Assembly (NCBI GenBank): GCA_002269645.1
Contig: NIVC01001307.1
Coordinates: forward strand, 1-64,000
Length of the DNA stretch: 64,000 nucleotides
Reading direction: 5' to 3'
From: Macrostomum lignano
Lineage: Eukaryota
This document shows positions 14,177-28,690 of this stretch, one piece after another. The number at the start of each line of letters is the position of its first letter. Within the stretch, counting starts at the first letter, position 1. Below the pieces are notes generated by a model, which searched no databases, was not told the DNA's origin, and saw only the letters and a list, made by a program, of their open reading frames with translations. Position numbers and translations under genes: made by a program.

Positions 14177-15500
14177 TACTTACTTACTTACTACTGACGG
14201 GGGGCGCAGGCGCCGCGAATAGGCCGCGAGGCCCCTATCGCAACCCCAAGGTAAAAGAGCACAAGGATTAGCCTTGGGGGTGCGCCCAGTCCCCGCCAGT
14301 AGTCGGCAGGTCCGCAGTGGAGGCATCGGCGACCCTCATCCGGCCGGAGTCCCGGACGAAGGCGCGGAGGTCTCGGATATTGTCCGCGGTGGTCAGCTCG
14401 TCCATCCGCTGGGGGTGGCCGAGGTATTTGTGCCGCGCCTTGTTGAAGTAAGGGCAGAAGGTGACGTGATGCTCCGCGGTCTCCTCTCCTATGCCACAGA
14501 AGGGACAGGTGGGAGGGCAACCGGTTTGCAACGATATATGTCTCTGGAAGAATCCGTGGCCGGTTAGGACCATGCACATCTCCCTGAGGTCGGTTCTGTT
14601 AAGCGAAATCAGATAATCAGAGACTTTCCTGTTCAGGTTAGGCATGGCAGAGCGGCTCTGCCTGTACTCGGTGCAGCTGTTCCAGTGGAGCTGGTGCTGC
14701 TGATGGAGCCACCTGTTGATATGGCGGGTGACTTGCGACCTGGGGGTGGGTAGCCTCATCAGACGGTGGTTGCCGTCTGGGTTGCTGCCCTCCTTGGCGA
14801 GAGAGTCCGCGAGCTCGTTGCCCAGGATGTTGCTGTGACCAGGTGTCCAGATAATTCTAATCCTGTTAAGGACTGAGAGAGATTGCACACTGCGGTGGCA
14901 TTGAGATACTGTAGCAGCGGAGATATTCTCAGTGGTTAAGGCCTTAATAGCAGCTTGGCTATCAGTGTAGAAATTAATGTCAAAATTATTAATGTTCGCC
15001 TGAAACAGTTGCTGGGCACACTGCTCAATGGCGCAAATTTCAGCTTGGAAAACTGAGGTGTTCTCACCGAGGTGCAGACTTTCCTGGAGAAGCATCTTAC
15101 CCTCGTGGAAAATGGCAATACCCGCTCCAGCGCGGCCGTTGAACAGCGAGCCGTCGGTGAAGCAGTGAATGCCCTGGCTGCGCCGGTTCACACCGACATC
15201 CAGCGGAATGTTGTCTCGGCCAGGGATGGCGGTCGTTGCAGGCCATAATTGCTTGCTTTCAATGCCGCCATCGGGATATGGGGGGAGTGATTTGAAGGAG
15301 TGCTGTCAGACTGGGAGACTGGGGATCCCCAGGAGATTTCTCTCTCTGACTATGACCACCCAGCAGATCCTGACAGCAGGGATGAGGTCCCCCGCAGATG
15401 GCCCGCCTCTACTGGCCTGTGGGAGGAGGGGGTGAGGCAGGCAGGAAGGGCTGGCGACATCGTAAAAGGAAGCTGCATGCAGCGCAGCAGCCTCTCGATA
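14177..15500 (-). mobile_element. 5'-truncated non-LTR retrotransposon (I/R1/LOA-type) 3' end
   Basis: RNase H plus CCHC ORF, short 3' UTR and a (TAAG)4 tail at 14192-14177; no RT domain seen; the 5' boundary is approximate. Confidence 0.8.
14268..15191 (-). CDS. Non-LTR ORF2 C-terminus: RNase H domain plus CCHC zinc knuckle (fragment)
   Basis: Motifs [46 protein letters not shown] and [19 protein letters not shown]. Confidence 0.9.
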   Translation of the reverse strand: MNRRSQGIHCFTDGSLFNGRAGAGIAIFHEGKMLLQESLHLGENTSVFQAEICAIEQCAQQLFQANINNFDINFYTDSQAAIKALTTENISAATVSQCHRSVQSLSVLNRIRIIWTPGHSNILGNELADSLAKEGSNPDGNHRLMRLPTPRSQVTRHINRWLHQQHQLHWNSCTEYRQSRSAMPNLNRKVSDYLISLNRTDLREMCMVLTGHGFFQRHISLQTGCPPTCPFCGIGEETAEHHVTFCPYFNKARHKYLGHPQRMDELTTADNIRDLRAFVRDSGRMRVADASTADLPTTGGDWAHPQG

Positions 15501-15644
15501 TAAGGCTCAACAATAAGCAAGCTTTTCGAGACCGCCGACCCTGCCGCCAAACCCACCAATTCCAATTCTTTTAATTAAAGGCCTTTTCCTATACAGTAAT
15601 GGGCTATGGTGTCCTATGGGTCTCCCGTGCCCATGATTTAGTGG

Positions 15645-15647
<3 letters not shown>

Positions 15648-15720
<73 letters not shown>
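15648..15720. repeat. (GA)n microsatellite
   Basis: Directly visible. Confidence 0.98.
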
Positions 15721-15722
<2 letters not shown>

Positions 15723-15869
15723 AACTCCGCCTGTCGAAGTCCCTGGGGGTTTCCAGCACGTCGGGTTTTTCAATTCGGGGACCAATTTATTTCAAGAGGG
15801 AATGAATTCTAGAAAAAGTATAAAATGCTGAGCTAATTTTGACAGTTGATTACTCATGACAACCTGTTT

Positions 15870-15960
15870 GATGATCGGAAGAGCGTCGGGGTTCACGGCT
15901 CGAAGGTCGGAGGTTCGATTCCCAATCCCACTGGAACGATTTGTGTCCTTGAGCATCAAG
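15870..15960 (+). mobile_element. tRNA-like SINE head fragment (second family)
   Basis: B box GGTTCGATTCCC at 15912-15923 followed by TGTGTCCTTGAGCA, a motif typical of SINE bodies; no full cloverleaf. Confidence 0.4.
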
Positions 15961-17064
15961 CTTTTCCTCTATCTTTTCCTGCCTAATCTTCTTCCACCGC
16001 CTACAAGTTAAGCAAACAGTTACAGCAACCAGAATTGGTTCCGATCGCACGGATTGCTGAAGAACTTCTCTTATCACTAAGCACACACGGACCTGTATTT
16101 GCAGGCGTGACTCAAATGAGTTCATCAACAACTGTTAACTTTAACAGATGCAGCGTCACCTCTGATTCATTCATTCATCATCAATCGGAAATCTGAAGGG
16201 CAGGATAGGAGGAAGGTGTCAGACCTGACTGATAAAAGCAGATATTGCGACTTTTGCTTTACGCCTAATTATCGTAGATTGCGAGGCAATCCGCCATATA
16301 AACACGGTCAAAGTTACTCCGGCCGTTCACCTCCCTACACCCAACCATAAAGAGTTCGATGAGGTTGTTAATGATGGAATTGCCCAACGAACTTTATCCT
16401 GTGCAGTTTCCATCATTCCAGCTTAGACGAAAACTATATGTAATAAAAGATTTCCCAAATTGCTTTCTGTTTACGCCAAGATCGCCATCTTCCAGCCTCC
16501 TCTTCATCTCCTCTTATCAGTTCTTAACTGACGCGGCACAACTGAAGTGGCGAATTCTGCCCCAGCAATAGTCATATAGAAGATGTAAAAACTCCAATTT
16601 ATATTTCGCTTCCCATTACACCCGAACCATTTGTACCTCTCCCAATACTCGCTAACCCCAAGCCATTAACTTTGCACACAGAATTCCAATATTCGAGTGG
16701 AAATCAGCTCGCACTTCATTCTCTCTCTCTTGGTTGTTGGTCGAAGTTCAAGGTGCTGTTAGATGTAAACTCGCAGTTAGAAAATAGCATTCCTTTTTTT
16801 CAGTTTTCATCATACCAATGCGAAAGCATATCTCCGATAAATATTTATAATTAGAGCCAGTTGTTTGTGCTACAGTGCTGATTGCTTCCTCACAGTGATA
16901 AAATCTCTGTCCGACAGGGAACCCGATTGATTACAGAACTTCTGCTTGCTATTGCAATGCGTTATTTGTTATATGGCTTTGCTGGGTCATTCTGTTCGTT
17001 GTACTACTGTGTCTCTCTGCAGCCCTAGCTGTTCTATACTGATCAGCTTGTAGTCCACCCTCCC

Positions 17065-17655
17065 ATCTTATCTCATCTCTAATCTCCTTATCTCATCTCT
17101 AATCTCCTTCTCTCATCTCTAATCTCCTTCCCTCATCTCTACTTTCCTTCTCTCCTCTCTCTCCTCTCCTTATCTCCTCTCTCCTCTCTTAATCTTCTCT
17201 CTCTACTCTCCTTATCTTCTCTCTCTACTCTCCTTCTTTCCTCTCCTTCTCTCCTCTCTCTTCTCTCCTTATCTTCTCTCTCTACTCTTCTTATCTCATC
17301 TCTACTCTCCTTCTCTCCTCTCTCTACTCTCCTTCTCTCCTCTCTCTTCTCTCCTTATCTTCTCTCTCTACTCATCTTATCTCCTCTCTCTCTCCTCTCC
17401 TTATTTTCTCTCTCTACTCTTCTTATCTCCTCTCTCTCTCCTCTCCTTATTTTCTCTCTCTACTCTTCTTATCTCCTCTCTCTCTCCTCTCCTTATCTTC
17501 TCTCTCTACTCTTCTTATCTCCTCTCTCTCTCCTCTCCTTATTCTCTCTCTACTCTTCTTACCTTCTCTCTCTCTACTCTTCTTATCTCATCTCTACTCT
17601 CCTTCTCTCCTCTCTCTCCTCTTCTTATCTTCTCTCTCTACTCTCCCTTTCTTCC
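17065..17655. repeat. CT-rich low-complexity / degenerate tandem repeat
   Basis: CTCTCTACTCTTCTTATCTC-like units. Confidence 0.9.
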
Positions 17656-19289
17656 ACTCTGCTCTCCCACTGCTACAGTTATACGAGTGAAAGAGTGCTT
17701 TGTTGCTAGTAATTAGGTTGTATTATGCACTCGTAGTTATATAGTAATAGTTTTATAAAAATAAGTCAAATGAGAAAATTTACCTGACAAAGTTACGCCT
17801 AAGCAATCCTTATATCCAGCCAATTGAATAGCAGTTACAAAATATACATTTGTGGCAAGTTAATTCAATAAAGAGTTGCCCAACAATATGCTTCATATAA
17901 TCTATTCGACAATATGACAGATTTAAAATGAGGTGCTAATTATCGAAAAATGTTATACTGCAATGGCATCATACGAGTATCTTCTTTACTGTACACGCAA
18001 CAACAACAATACCTAAGGCCTTTTTTATAATTGAAAAGAAGTCGATCTATTTAACACCTTTGGTTTATTTTAAGCATCAGTCTCGGTCAATCCCATTTTT
18101 ACGCCAGTCTGGCTATGGATGTTGACATTTTCCATTACACTATTATATAACAGAACGGTTTTTCAATCAAAAATAATTATGGATGGAAACTCGATGCCTT
18201 CATCATTATTATAGCTCGCCTGTTCCGCCAGTGCCTAATGTTGTTTGTTCTAGGCAAATTTATTTGGAAATAAACAGAGAAACCAAACCATTGCGCTTCC
18301 TATATATTGTGTGTACTATTTCTAAGAAAGTAAGAAGAATGAGGTCAGATAATTTAAATATGTATATACTGTGGCGTTCCCCGGATTTTTTTCCGGGGAT
18401 TTTTCTCAGTGGGTCAAGCGACCTTCTCTTGGATCCAAGACCTTTCCCGGGGGGTCATGACTCCCCTAATTTTCTCTAGGGGGAGGTTCAATCGACCCCT
18501 TGACCCCCGTGGATTCGGGTTTATTCCCGAGGGAACCAAGGGCAGCTTAGGGGAAGGCCAAGGGAAGGGGGAATTTTTTGAGAGGAGGGGAGAGGGGCAC
18601 TGGTACCTATCATGGTGTCCTCGGAACCGGGGTCATGAATAGCTGAGTTTTCTCGGAGGAGGGTCAGCCAACCCCTTAACCCCTCTCCCCCTGGATCCGT
18701 CAGTGTAATATATAAATTGTTCAAGTCGGTCAAATTTTTAAATTAGTTATTTTGTGGCAGTTTAATTTACCCCATGCAAGGAAGGGGCGAATTTCGTATT
18801 AATATGGTTTCTCGGCTCGGTAAGAATTACACAGGTTTTAGTTTTAGGTAACGCGAACGAAGAGCTGAGTATTCGTCACTTCAAGTTGGTTCCGGGCCAC
18901 GCTCATTGGTCCGCCCACTTTTACCCCCCACCCGTCCACCCCTGGTTCCTTCCCTTTCTCGATGGACGGGATGGGGAGGTGGGTCACTCCAGAGAGGGGA
19001 CGGACGGGGTGGGTGGCGAGAGCAACCCCCATTCCCTTATTCCAGCTTTATAACGTAGGCCCCCAGTCCGACTAACACAGAGGAGAGGCCCTCACCTTCT
19101 TCAGCCAGCCAGAGAGATATAATAGAAAGCAGCGAAACTGAGATCCAGTCCGTACAAGTCAGTTAGTCATTTATGGCCCGTACTTAAACGTCGTAATTAT
19201 TATTTACCTACAATAACGCGACTGACTCCCTTTGATCCAGTAGACTCTGAAAAACTTAAACATCAACTTCCAACACAGCTAACACAACT

Positions 19290-21710
19290 ATGAGCAGCAG
19301 CAATAGCCAGGTGTCCGGCCATCAGCACCAGCAGAAGCGCAACAACAGCGGAGGCGCCAACAACAACAACACGAATAAGCCTACCAACGATCTGGCCCAG
19401 ATAGAGAAGATCAAGCGCATTGTTCAACGCGAGATTCTCGACAATCGTCGGCACCTGTTCCCCGAAGGCCGATGGCCATCTGACGGCGTCGCCGAGCCGC
19501 TGAAGCACCCGGAGCCGTACACGGCCGCTATGAAGTTCGGCGGCCGAGACCCGAATAGTAAGAAAAGGCCTGGCCTCACTAAACGGCCGCCAAATATGTG
19601 GATGGTAAGTCTTTAGAACTTTTACTTACAATTAGATTAGTTCACGCATAAAATTTTTAAATTTGCGCCAGTATTTTTGTTAAAAATGAAACCATTCGTT
19701 TTTACCCACTGGCAATGCCGCAATGGTAGATAATTTCTGAAAAAATTAGCTTATGCTCACGAAACAGTTTAGCTATCATAGTCCTGATGCTCGTGTTTCA
19801 TTTCCAAGAAATAATGTAAAAGTATAACAAAAAGACATTTCTTGTTTACGAAAACTAAAGTCTACACAATGTTGGTGGCTACTGATTATTTGTGGCGATT
19901 TGTGGCAGTATCACCTTTTGCAGTTTTATAATGCTCAACATTAATAGGATTGAATAAATAAATCTTATAGTCAACATAAAGTAATTAAAATGCCTTCAAA
20001 TTTGTTTAAACAAATCAAAGAACGAAGCTTACGATTACATTTAAGTAATAACAGTCGATAATCAATTAGGTCCATGAGAATCGTTATTATCTAGAATTAT
20101 ACGCTCGTAATTTTCTTTTCTTTCTTGTTTTTTTAATGAAACATATTTTATCGATCTAGTATCATTTAAACAATGTTAACTGTGACCAGTGGAAACAAGT
20201 TAAAGTAAAAGTGCAAATGAAAAAGGTTCGAGACTTGCCCAGGCAGGCTATCTAAAATTCTTTCTATTTAACCATTTCAATGAGAGTCTCGGCGCCAGCA
20301 CAGCGGTCTGCAAAAGACTCCATACACATATTTTATGTTCATATTGCTATACTGCGCATCCATCGTGCAATCAGTGAATCACTCTGCTAACAAACTAAGT
20401 CATATATATAAATCTTATACTTATATTATTATTACTCGCTATATGGGCCCTATTTTAAAATCTAGAGCCACTCAACGCTACTTGAAATTCCTCCATACCA
20501 GAGCGAGGAGGGAGACACAATACCCCCCCCCCCTTATCACATTCCCTGTCTGTTCGGTACTTACACAGCCTCCCAGCGTGCCATACAGAGGCTGAATTAT
20601 TGATGAAGAATCTGGGAGACCAGACACAGCTGACAGAATTTCTAATAAAATTATTTATTTATTTCTTGATTTCTAAGATCGACTAATTCAAAATTGAATA
20701 GTTTATTTTAAAGCGGAGTTTTAAAATGTCCATATTTCTACTTTGAGTAGACTACGCGCATAGTATAAACTTAATTAACAATTCATTAAAAAATCCGCTT
20801 TACTCCGGCAGATATTCCGCATGCACGCGGCCTCAGTTGTTATGGAGGACTTCCCGGAGGTGAACCAGGCGGCCCTGACCTCAGTGCTGGCGCCGATCTG
20901 GCAGAGCGTCATCACCCCGGAGGAGAAGGATCTGGTGCGCGAGGAAAGCGAACGATTAAAAGAGTTCCACAAGCTGCAGTTTCCCGAGTGGAAGTACAAG
21001 CCGCGACAGAAGAAGCGAGCCAGTCAACAGCAGCAGCAACGCCAGGAAGAGGATCTGGAAGTCGAGGAACCCGACGAGGCGCCAGTGGCTAAGGTTAGTT
21101 GCTAAGGCTTCGACCCTCGCACCAAAGTTCTCCTTGTCCCGTATTAATCAACTACCTAAGAAGAATACTTGAGAGATAATTTGAGTAAAGATGTACTGTA
21201 CACCCAAAACTTTGAGTCTGGTTCCGGCTTACTCATTCTGCATGCATGCTCAGGGGTTTCAGCGCTCAACAGGGCCTTAGCCTAATAGTTACTTTCTTGC
21301 AACCCCCTTCACTTTAGCGTGAATGTCACCATGACAACAGCAGCAACAACAATAACAACCGGTATGCAGCCCGTCAGCGGCAGTTTAATCATCATCAGCA
21401 GCAGCAGCTTCAGCCATATCAGCAGCTTCATCACCCGATGCCACAGTCGGTGTCGCCGTATCTCAGCGCCGAGTCACCCGACGTTGACAACATTGATGGC
21501 CTGCAGCTGCCGCTTAGCGTAGAGACTTCGCCGCAGGCTGCGGCAGCGGCAGCGGCAGTCTCCATGAGCGCCAATTGCTTGCCGTTTGGCTCGGTGTGGA
21601 CCACCCCGCAGCAGCAGCAGCGGCAGCAGATTCCAGTGTCACTATCGGAAGCTGCTTCGTATTCTGCAGCTCCGTCTTCGACTGGTCTGCCAGCTCTGTC
21701 TCCGCCGCTA

Positions 21711-21748
<38 letters not shown>

Positions 21749-22076
21749 ACTGCAACAGCAGCAACAGCAGCAGCATCAACTAGCTATAAAAGACCCGGCA
21801 TTGCGCAGCATCCTGGCTTCATCATCGGCGCCTTCCACTGCGCTGTCAACTGCGGCCGGCGAGCTGCCCTGCCTGCCGGACCTGCTGCCATGCGATTACT
21901 TCACCGACTTTGGCACCCTGCCAGATCTGGAGGCCTACCTGTCGCCGGAGGGCTGCTCGGGCGGCCTGGTGACAGAGCCGGCTCCGCTGTCAAGTCAGCA
22001 GCAGGCCTTCGACTTCCCGGATCTCACGGATATTCGGCGATCTGTGAAGCAAGAATTTCGCTACGCCGTGATCTAA
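19290..22076 (+). CDS. Divergent SOX/TCF-class HMG-box transcription factor, 3 exons (~451 aa)
   Basis: Exons 19290-19604, 20812-21093 and 21318-22076 have GT/AG phase-0 junctions. Spliced HMG box: KRPPNMWM|IFRMHAASVVMEDFPEVNQAALTSVLAPIWQSVITPEEKDLVREESERLKEFHKLQFPEWKYKPRQKK, followed by a polyQ/S/P-rich C-terminus. Confidence 0.85.
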
Positions 22077-23069
22077 GAGTGCACACTTCTTGACAGAGAC
22101 GCAGAGACTCCACAGATCCTGCAGCTAGTCCTAGCAAATTAACAAAACAAAAAGCCCGTCTCGTTAAACACAAAATCAACGCTTTGGATTTGATGAATGG
22201 AATAGTCATAGCAGTCTCTATTTTTCTCCATCTCCCACGATCCCGCTGGCCTGCACAGCATGTACACTTTTCCGGTTTTGCTGTCAGGCGCGGTTTGTTT
22301 GTAGCAACGATACTCCCATATAAGCATATTTACGATATATATGTGTAGCAATGCTTTGTTATTAGTAATTAATCATCATTGATTCATTAGTTGCATCTGA
22401 ATGCGTGTCTAATCCTGTTCATAATGCTACGCATTAAATCAACGATTTGCCAGTCTGTCTGTGTACATTCTCCTAACTTTAACTATCAATAGCTGTATGC
22501 CATCTCTTTCAGTTGGTGCTGAGGTTGGCAATGAAACCAAATAACTGTCCACTGTCATGCCAGTTTTTATTTTCTAAGTTTTTTATTTTCTAAGCCAATT
22601 TTTTTTGAAATTTTATTGGGCATTTATTGAATCTGCATCTTAAGCTCTCCCAAACATTTCTGCCGTCATTAATTATTAAAAGGTAAATTTGTTTCTTAAA
22701 TCAAGCTGCTCAATTTACTAAGTATGTCTCAAATATTGCCAGTCCCAACCATTTTTTCGAACTTCCGATGGTTCCACGTGTTTGCTGCGATTTTAATCAA
22801 CTTTTAACTTTTTATATTACTCTTGGTGCCCCGAATTTCACTGCCAAACAGCCATTGTTTTATATGTGCTGGCGTGTCTTAAGGTTTCCATAGCAATCTG
22901 TAGCTTGTCAATATGTGAAATTTGCCTTCAGCCTGCTTATGTACATATTTAATATACTGTATGAGGATTTCAATTGAAATTATTGCCTGTCTGTGCAAAA
23001 TTCAATCAATTAGCCTGGTTTTCCACTTTAATTAATCTTTTAACGAATTACGACTTCGATCCTACAGTG

Positions 23070-23722
<653 letters not shown>

Positions 23723-23977
23723 CGGCCCTCGAGATAAAGAATCTTGCCGACCCTAGGCATACCTGATTTGGTAAGATTAGTTAGCAAGCACTAACTTGCC
23801 CAGAGATTGCGCCTGTCTATGGTCCGAACTGCCACACACAGCATTTTAGCGAATTAATTATAATACATGTAGTGCAAATTAACAGACGTCAAATATCCAG
23901 CAAGCACAACAGAAGGATAAAAAAGCCAGGGCAGACTGACACGCTCAACAATAGGTAACCGGGCTGTTAAACAGGAC

Positions 23978-26900
23978 ATGACCGAGCCGGGCACAGCTGG
24001 CGAGCCCAGCATCACATCGGCGAAGTCATCAGTAGCGGATGCTGATGAGGCATCGCGGCTATCCGCGTCATCTTCGCCGCCTCCACAGTCGGCGATATCG
24101 TCCACGACAGCGGCGACAGACCGTGAGGAGAGCCTCGGTCAGGCTGCAAATCAGTGTCTGCCCCGGCACATTGCGAACCACGGATTCGATCTGCTGTACA
24201 TCGGCAAGCTGGACCTGCCGTACCATCCGGTGAGGATGCGGCACCTGCCCTATTCGGGGCTGCGGTATCTGCTGTACGGCAAGAACGGCTTCCAGGAGAT
24301 GACAGTCTGCCAGGATTCTGAGCTGTACAGTCTGCAGGTGGGGATATGCTGACTGTTTTGCGCTTTACATGTAGATTCTAATGTCAACGTTTGACCTATG
24401 ACCTATGCAGACTACTTACCGTACTGTGATGTAGTCAGCTAGTGGGTCAGCATCCCCATCTACTCAATAAGCAGTGGGTCATTCAGCAGTGGGTCATTCA
24501 GCAGTGGGCCATTCAGCAGTGAGTCATTCAGCAGTGGGTCATTCAGCAGTGAGTCATTCAGCAGTGGGTCATTCAGCAGTGGGTCATTCAGCAGTGGGTC
24601 ATTCAGCAGTGGGTCATTCAGCAGTGGGTCATTCAGCAGTGGGTCATTCAGCAGTGGGTCATTCAGCAGTGGGTCATTCAGCAGTGGGTCATTCAGCAGT
24701 GAGTCATTCAGCAGTGGGTCATTCAGCTGTGGGTCACTTAGCAGTGAGTCATTCATCAGTGGGTCACTCAGCAGTGGGTCATTCAGCAGTGGGTCATTCA
24801 GCAGTGGGTCATTCAGCAGTGGGTCATTCAGCAGTGAGTCATGCAGCAGTGGGTCACTTAGCAGTGAGTCATTCAGCAGTGGGTCATTCAGCAGTGGGTC
24901 ATTCAGCAGTGGGTCATTCAGCAGTGGGTCATTCAGCAGTGGGTCACTCAGCAGTGAGTCATTCAGCAGTGGGTCACTTAGCAGTGAGTCATTCAGCAGT
25001 GGGTCACTCAGCAGTGAGTCATTCAGCAGTGGGTCACTTAGCAGTGAGTCATTCAGCAGTGGGTCATTCAGCAGTGGGTCATTCAGCAGTGAGTCATTCA
25101 GCAGTGGGTCATTCAGCAGTGGGTCATTCAGGAGTGGGTCATTCAGCAGTGAGTCATTCAGCAGTGGGTCATTCAGCAGTCTAATCCCACACACCAGGAG
25201 ATCTCCTGGGAGACCCTGGGCTGCGACTGTGTCCAGACCAAGGATTTAAATTTCTACGTGATCGCCCGCTGTCACACGTCGTCTGTCCTGGCCGTCTACG
25301 ACGAGTTCATGTTCGTCCGCGAGATGGCCGAAGTCTCCTACCCGCAGGGCTGTCTGTCGTCTGTGACAGCCGACAGAGCCTGCCAGTACCTGTACGGCAC
25401 CAACCAGGAGATGAACTGCGTACTCAGGTTTTCGGTGAGACGCTTTGACCTTTCGAGCTGATTCTGATTCACAGGCGACAGCTTAGCGTGCTTGGCTTGT
25501 ATTTGAACGAAAAAACCATGCAAGTAAAAGAATGGAAGGATTAAAAGCATGTACACGAATATGCTCCATCTGATAGCATGTAAAATCTATCTAAATAATG
25601 TAAGATCCACCTTAAAGCATTCAGTTTCATCTTAGAGCATATAAACTCCATCGTAGCAGGTAAGCTCCCACTAAATCATGCAAGATCCGTCTTAGAGCAT
25701 GTAAGCGCCATCTTACGGCATTTAAGCTCCATCTTACAGCATGTAAGCTCCATCTTACAGCATGTAAGGTCCATCTTACAGCATGTAAGCTCCATCTTAC
25801 AGCATGTAGGCTCCATCTTACAACATGTAGGCTCCATCTTACAGCATGTAAGGTCCATCTTACAGCATGTAAGCTCCATCTTACAGCATGTAAGCTCCAT
25901 CTTACAGCATGTAAGGTCCATCTTACAGCATGTAAGCTCCATCTTACAGCATGTAAGCTCCATCTTACAGCATGTAAGGTCCATCTTACAGCATGTAAGC
26001 TCCATCTTACAGCATGTAAGGTCCATCTTACAGCATGTAGGCTCCATCTTACAGCATGTAAGCTCCATCTTACAGCATGTAAGCTCCATCTTACAGCATG
26101 TAGGCTCCATCTTACAGCATGTAGGCTCCATCTTACAGCATGTAAGCTCCATCTTAGAGCATCCATCAAATTATAGCATGTAAGCTCAAATTATAGCATG
26201 TAAGCTCAAATTATAGCATGTACGCTCAAATTATAGCATGTAAGCTCAAATTATAGCATGTAAGCTCAAATTATAGCATGTACGCTCAAATTATAGCATG
26301 TAAGCTCAAATTATAGCATGTAAGCTCCATCTTACAGCATGTAAGCTCCATCTTACAGCATGTAAGCTCCATCTTACAGCATGTAAGCTCCATCTTAGAG
26401 CATCCATCAAATTATAGCATGTAAGCTCAAATTATAGCATGTAAGCTCAAATTATAGCATGTAAGCTCAAATTATAGCATGTACGCTCAAATTATAGCGT
26501 GTAAGCTCAAATTATAGCATGTAAGCTCCATCTTACAGCATGTAAGCTCCATCTTACAGCATGTAAGCTCCATCTTACAGCATGTAGGCTCCATCTTACA
26601 GCATGTAGGCTCCATCTTACAGCATGTAAGCTCCATCTTACAGCATGTAAGCTCAAATTATAGCATGTAAGCTCAAATTATAGCATGTAAGCTCCATCTT
26701 ACAGCATGTAAGCTCCATATAAATCATAAAAGTTCCATCTCAAAAGCATGTAAAGCAAGTAACTCTACAGCTGCACTCTGATACTCCCGACCCGCTCACC
26801 CGACTCCACGCCCGCCGCTCAGACTCGCGATCCCTTCCTGGACAATCCTCAACGCTTCGGCGCACTGTGGCGGCCGTTCGACTGCTGTACCAGCCAGGCC

Positions 26901-27921
26901 TTCAATGACGGCGCGGTGCAGTACCTGTTCGTGTCCAACCTCGACGCCGGCATCTGCGTGTTCGAATTGTCCACAATGAAAATCATGGCCGAATGCGGTC
27001 GGTTACCAATTTATAACTGAAAAAATGGTTGCTATGGGAACCTGTCTTAAAAAAAAACAGAAAAACCGGCTTACTTACTAGATTAGCTTCACTGGCGACA
27101 GTAGTTTTAGCAAGATGTTTTAGTTGCTATGGCGACAGTAGCCTCGGTGAAATTTTTAGTTGCCGTGGTGGCCAGTAGCTCCTGTGTGATTTTTAGTTGC
27201 TATGGCGACAGTAGCTTTGGCTTGGTCTGTTCCTATGGCGACAGTAGCTTTGGCTTGGTCTGTTCCTATGGCGACAGTAGCTTTGGCTTGGTCTGTTCCT
27301 ATGGCGACAGTAGCTTTGGCTTGGTCTGTTCCTATGGCGACAGTAGCTTTGGCTGGGTCGATTGCTATGGCGACAGTAGCTTTGGCTTGGTCAGTTGCTA
27401 TGGTGACAGTAGCCTCGGTGTGTTTTTCAGCTGCTATGTTATCAACAGCTTAGGGTTGGTTGGTTGCTATGGCGAAACCAGTTTCTGGGTGATCTTTTAG
27501 TTGCCATGGTGACCAGCTTTATCGTTTAGTTTCAATGGAGACAAGTAGCTATAGCGATAGCGTTTTTTTGCATCATCGGTTTCTATAGCAACGCCTTTAT
27601 TTTCCCCCATTCCCCGCAGGTGACGACCTGTCGCCCGGCGCCAAGTACCTCGCCTACGATCCAACCCGCTGCCTCCTATTCGTCTCGAGCTCCTGCGACC
27701 GGCTGCTCCGCTGCTACCGATTCGAATTCGTCGACTCGTCGACGGCGCCGATTTTGCATCGACTTGGCGACTACATGGCGGCCAGCCGCATGCCCGCAGA
27801 CTCGCTCTGTTGCGGGCCGCAGTGCGTCATGTGGGACCCGGAGCTGGACCGCCTGGCTGTGGTCGGTTGGTCCGAGACTCGATCCCGGTTCTGCGTCCGA
27901 CTGTTTCGCGTGAACGTTTAA
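23978..27921 (+). CDS. 4-exon protein with putative beta-propeller (NHL/YVTN-like) repeats (~360 aa)
   Basis: Exons 23978-24337, 25180-25434, 26823-26997 and 27620-27921 join in frame (phases 0, 0, 1) with GT/AG. Blade-like motifs YLFVSNLDAGICVF, YLAYDPTRCLLFVSSS and MWDPELDRLAVVG; the fold call is inference. Confidence 0.7.
24470..25179. repeat. 15-bp intronic minisatellite (CAGTGGGTCATTCAG)
   Basis: About 47 tandem copies abutting exon 2. Confidence 0.97.
25690..26720. repeat. 21/20-bp intronic minisatellite (TCTTACAGCATGTAAGCTCCA / AATTATAGCATGTAAGCTCA)
   Basis: Two alternating variant blocks. Confidence 0.95.
27190..27400. repeat. 30-bp intronic minisatellite (CTATGGCGACAGTAGCTTTGGCTTGGTCTGTTC-like)
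   Basis: About 6 tandem copies. Confidence 0.9.
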
Positions 27922-28054
27922 TCAGGCAATTATTGCTGGATGTTGAGTCGAATTCCAATTGCTGGTGCCTAATCACTGAACCCGAATAGCGACTAGATTG
28001 ACGATTCGTTAATTAGTTCCCATAGCAACCGGGATTGAATTAGATTCGAGGTAC

Positions 28055-28690
28055 CTATTGCCATAGCAACTAAGATACCTCTTGGATCAGAGATCCCATT
28101 GGCATAGTAACTAAGATACCTCTTGGATTAGAGATCCCATTGCCATAGCAACTAAGATACCTCTTGGATTAGAGATCCCCATTGCCATAGTAACTAAGAT
28201 ACCTCTTGGATTAGAGATCCCCATTGCCATAGCAACTAAGATACCTATTGGATTAGAGATCCCCATTGCCATATCAACTAAGATACCTCTTGGATTAGAG
28301 ATCCCCATTGCCATAGCAACTAAGATACCTATTGGATTAGAGATCCCCATTGCCATAGCAACTAAGATACCTATTGGATTAGAGATCCCCATTGCCATAG
28401 CAACTAAGATACCTCTTGGATTAGAGATCCCCATTGCCATAGTAACTAAGATACCTCTTGGATTAGAGATCCCATTGCCATAGTAACTAAGATACCTCTT
28501 GGATTAGAGATCCCATTTCCATAGCAACTAAGATACCTATTGGATTAGAGATCCCCATTGCCATAGCAACTAAGATACCTCTTGGATTAGAGATCCCATT
28601 GCCATAGCAACTAAGATACCTCTAGGATTAGAGATCCCATTGCCATAGTAACTAAGATACCTATTGGATTAGAGGTCCCTATTGCCATAG
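28055..28690. repeat. 38-39-bp minisatellite (CCATTGCCATAGCAACTAAGATACCTCTTGGATTAGAGATC-like)
   Basis: About 16 tandem copies. Confidence 0.95.

Noticed and set aside
15873-15888. 16-bp match to the Illumina adapter (GATCGGAAGAGCGTCG)
   Set aside because: The match stops there and is embedded in a tRNA-like head upstream of a B box; probably coincidental, though contamination cannot be excluded.
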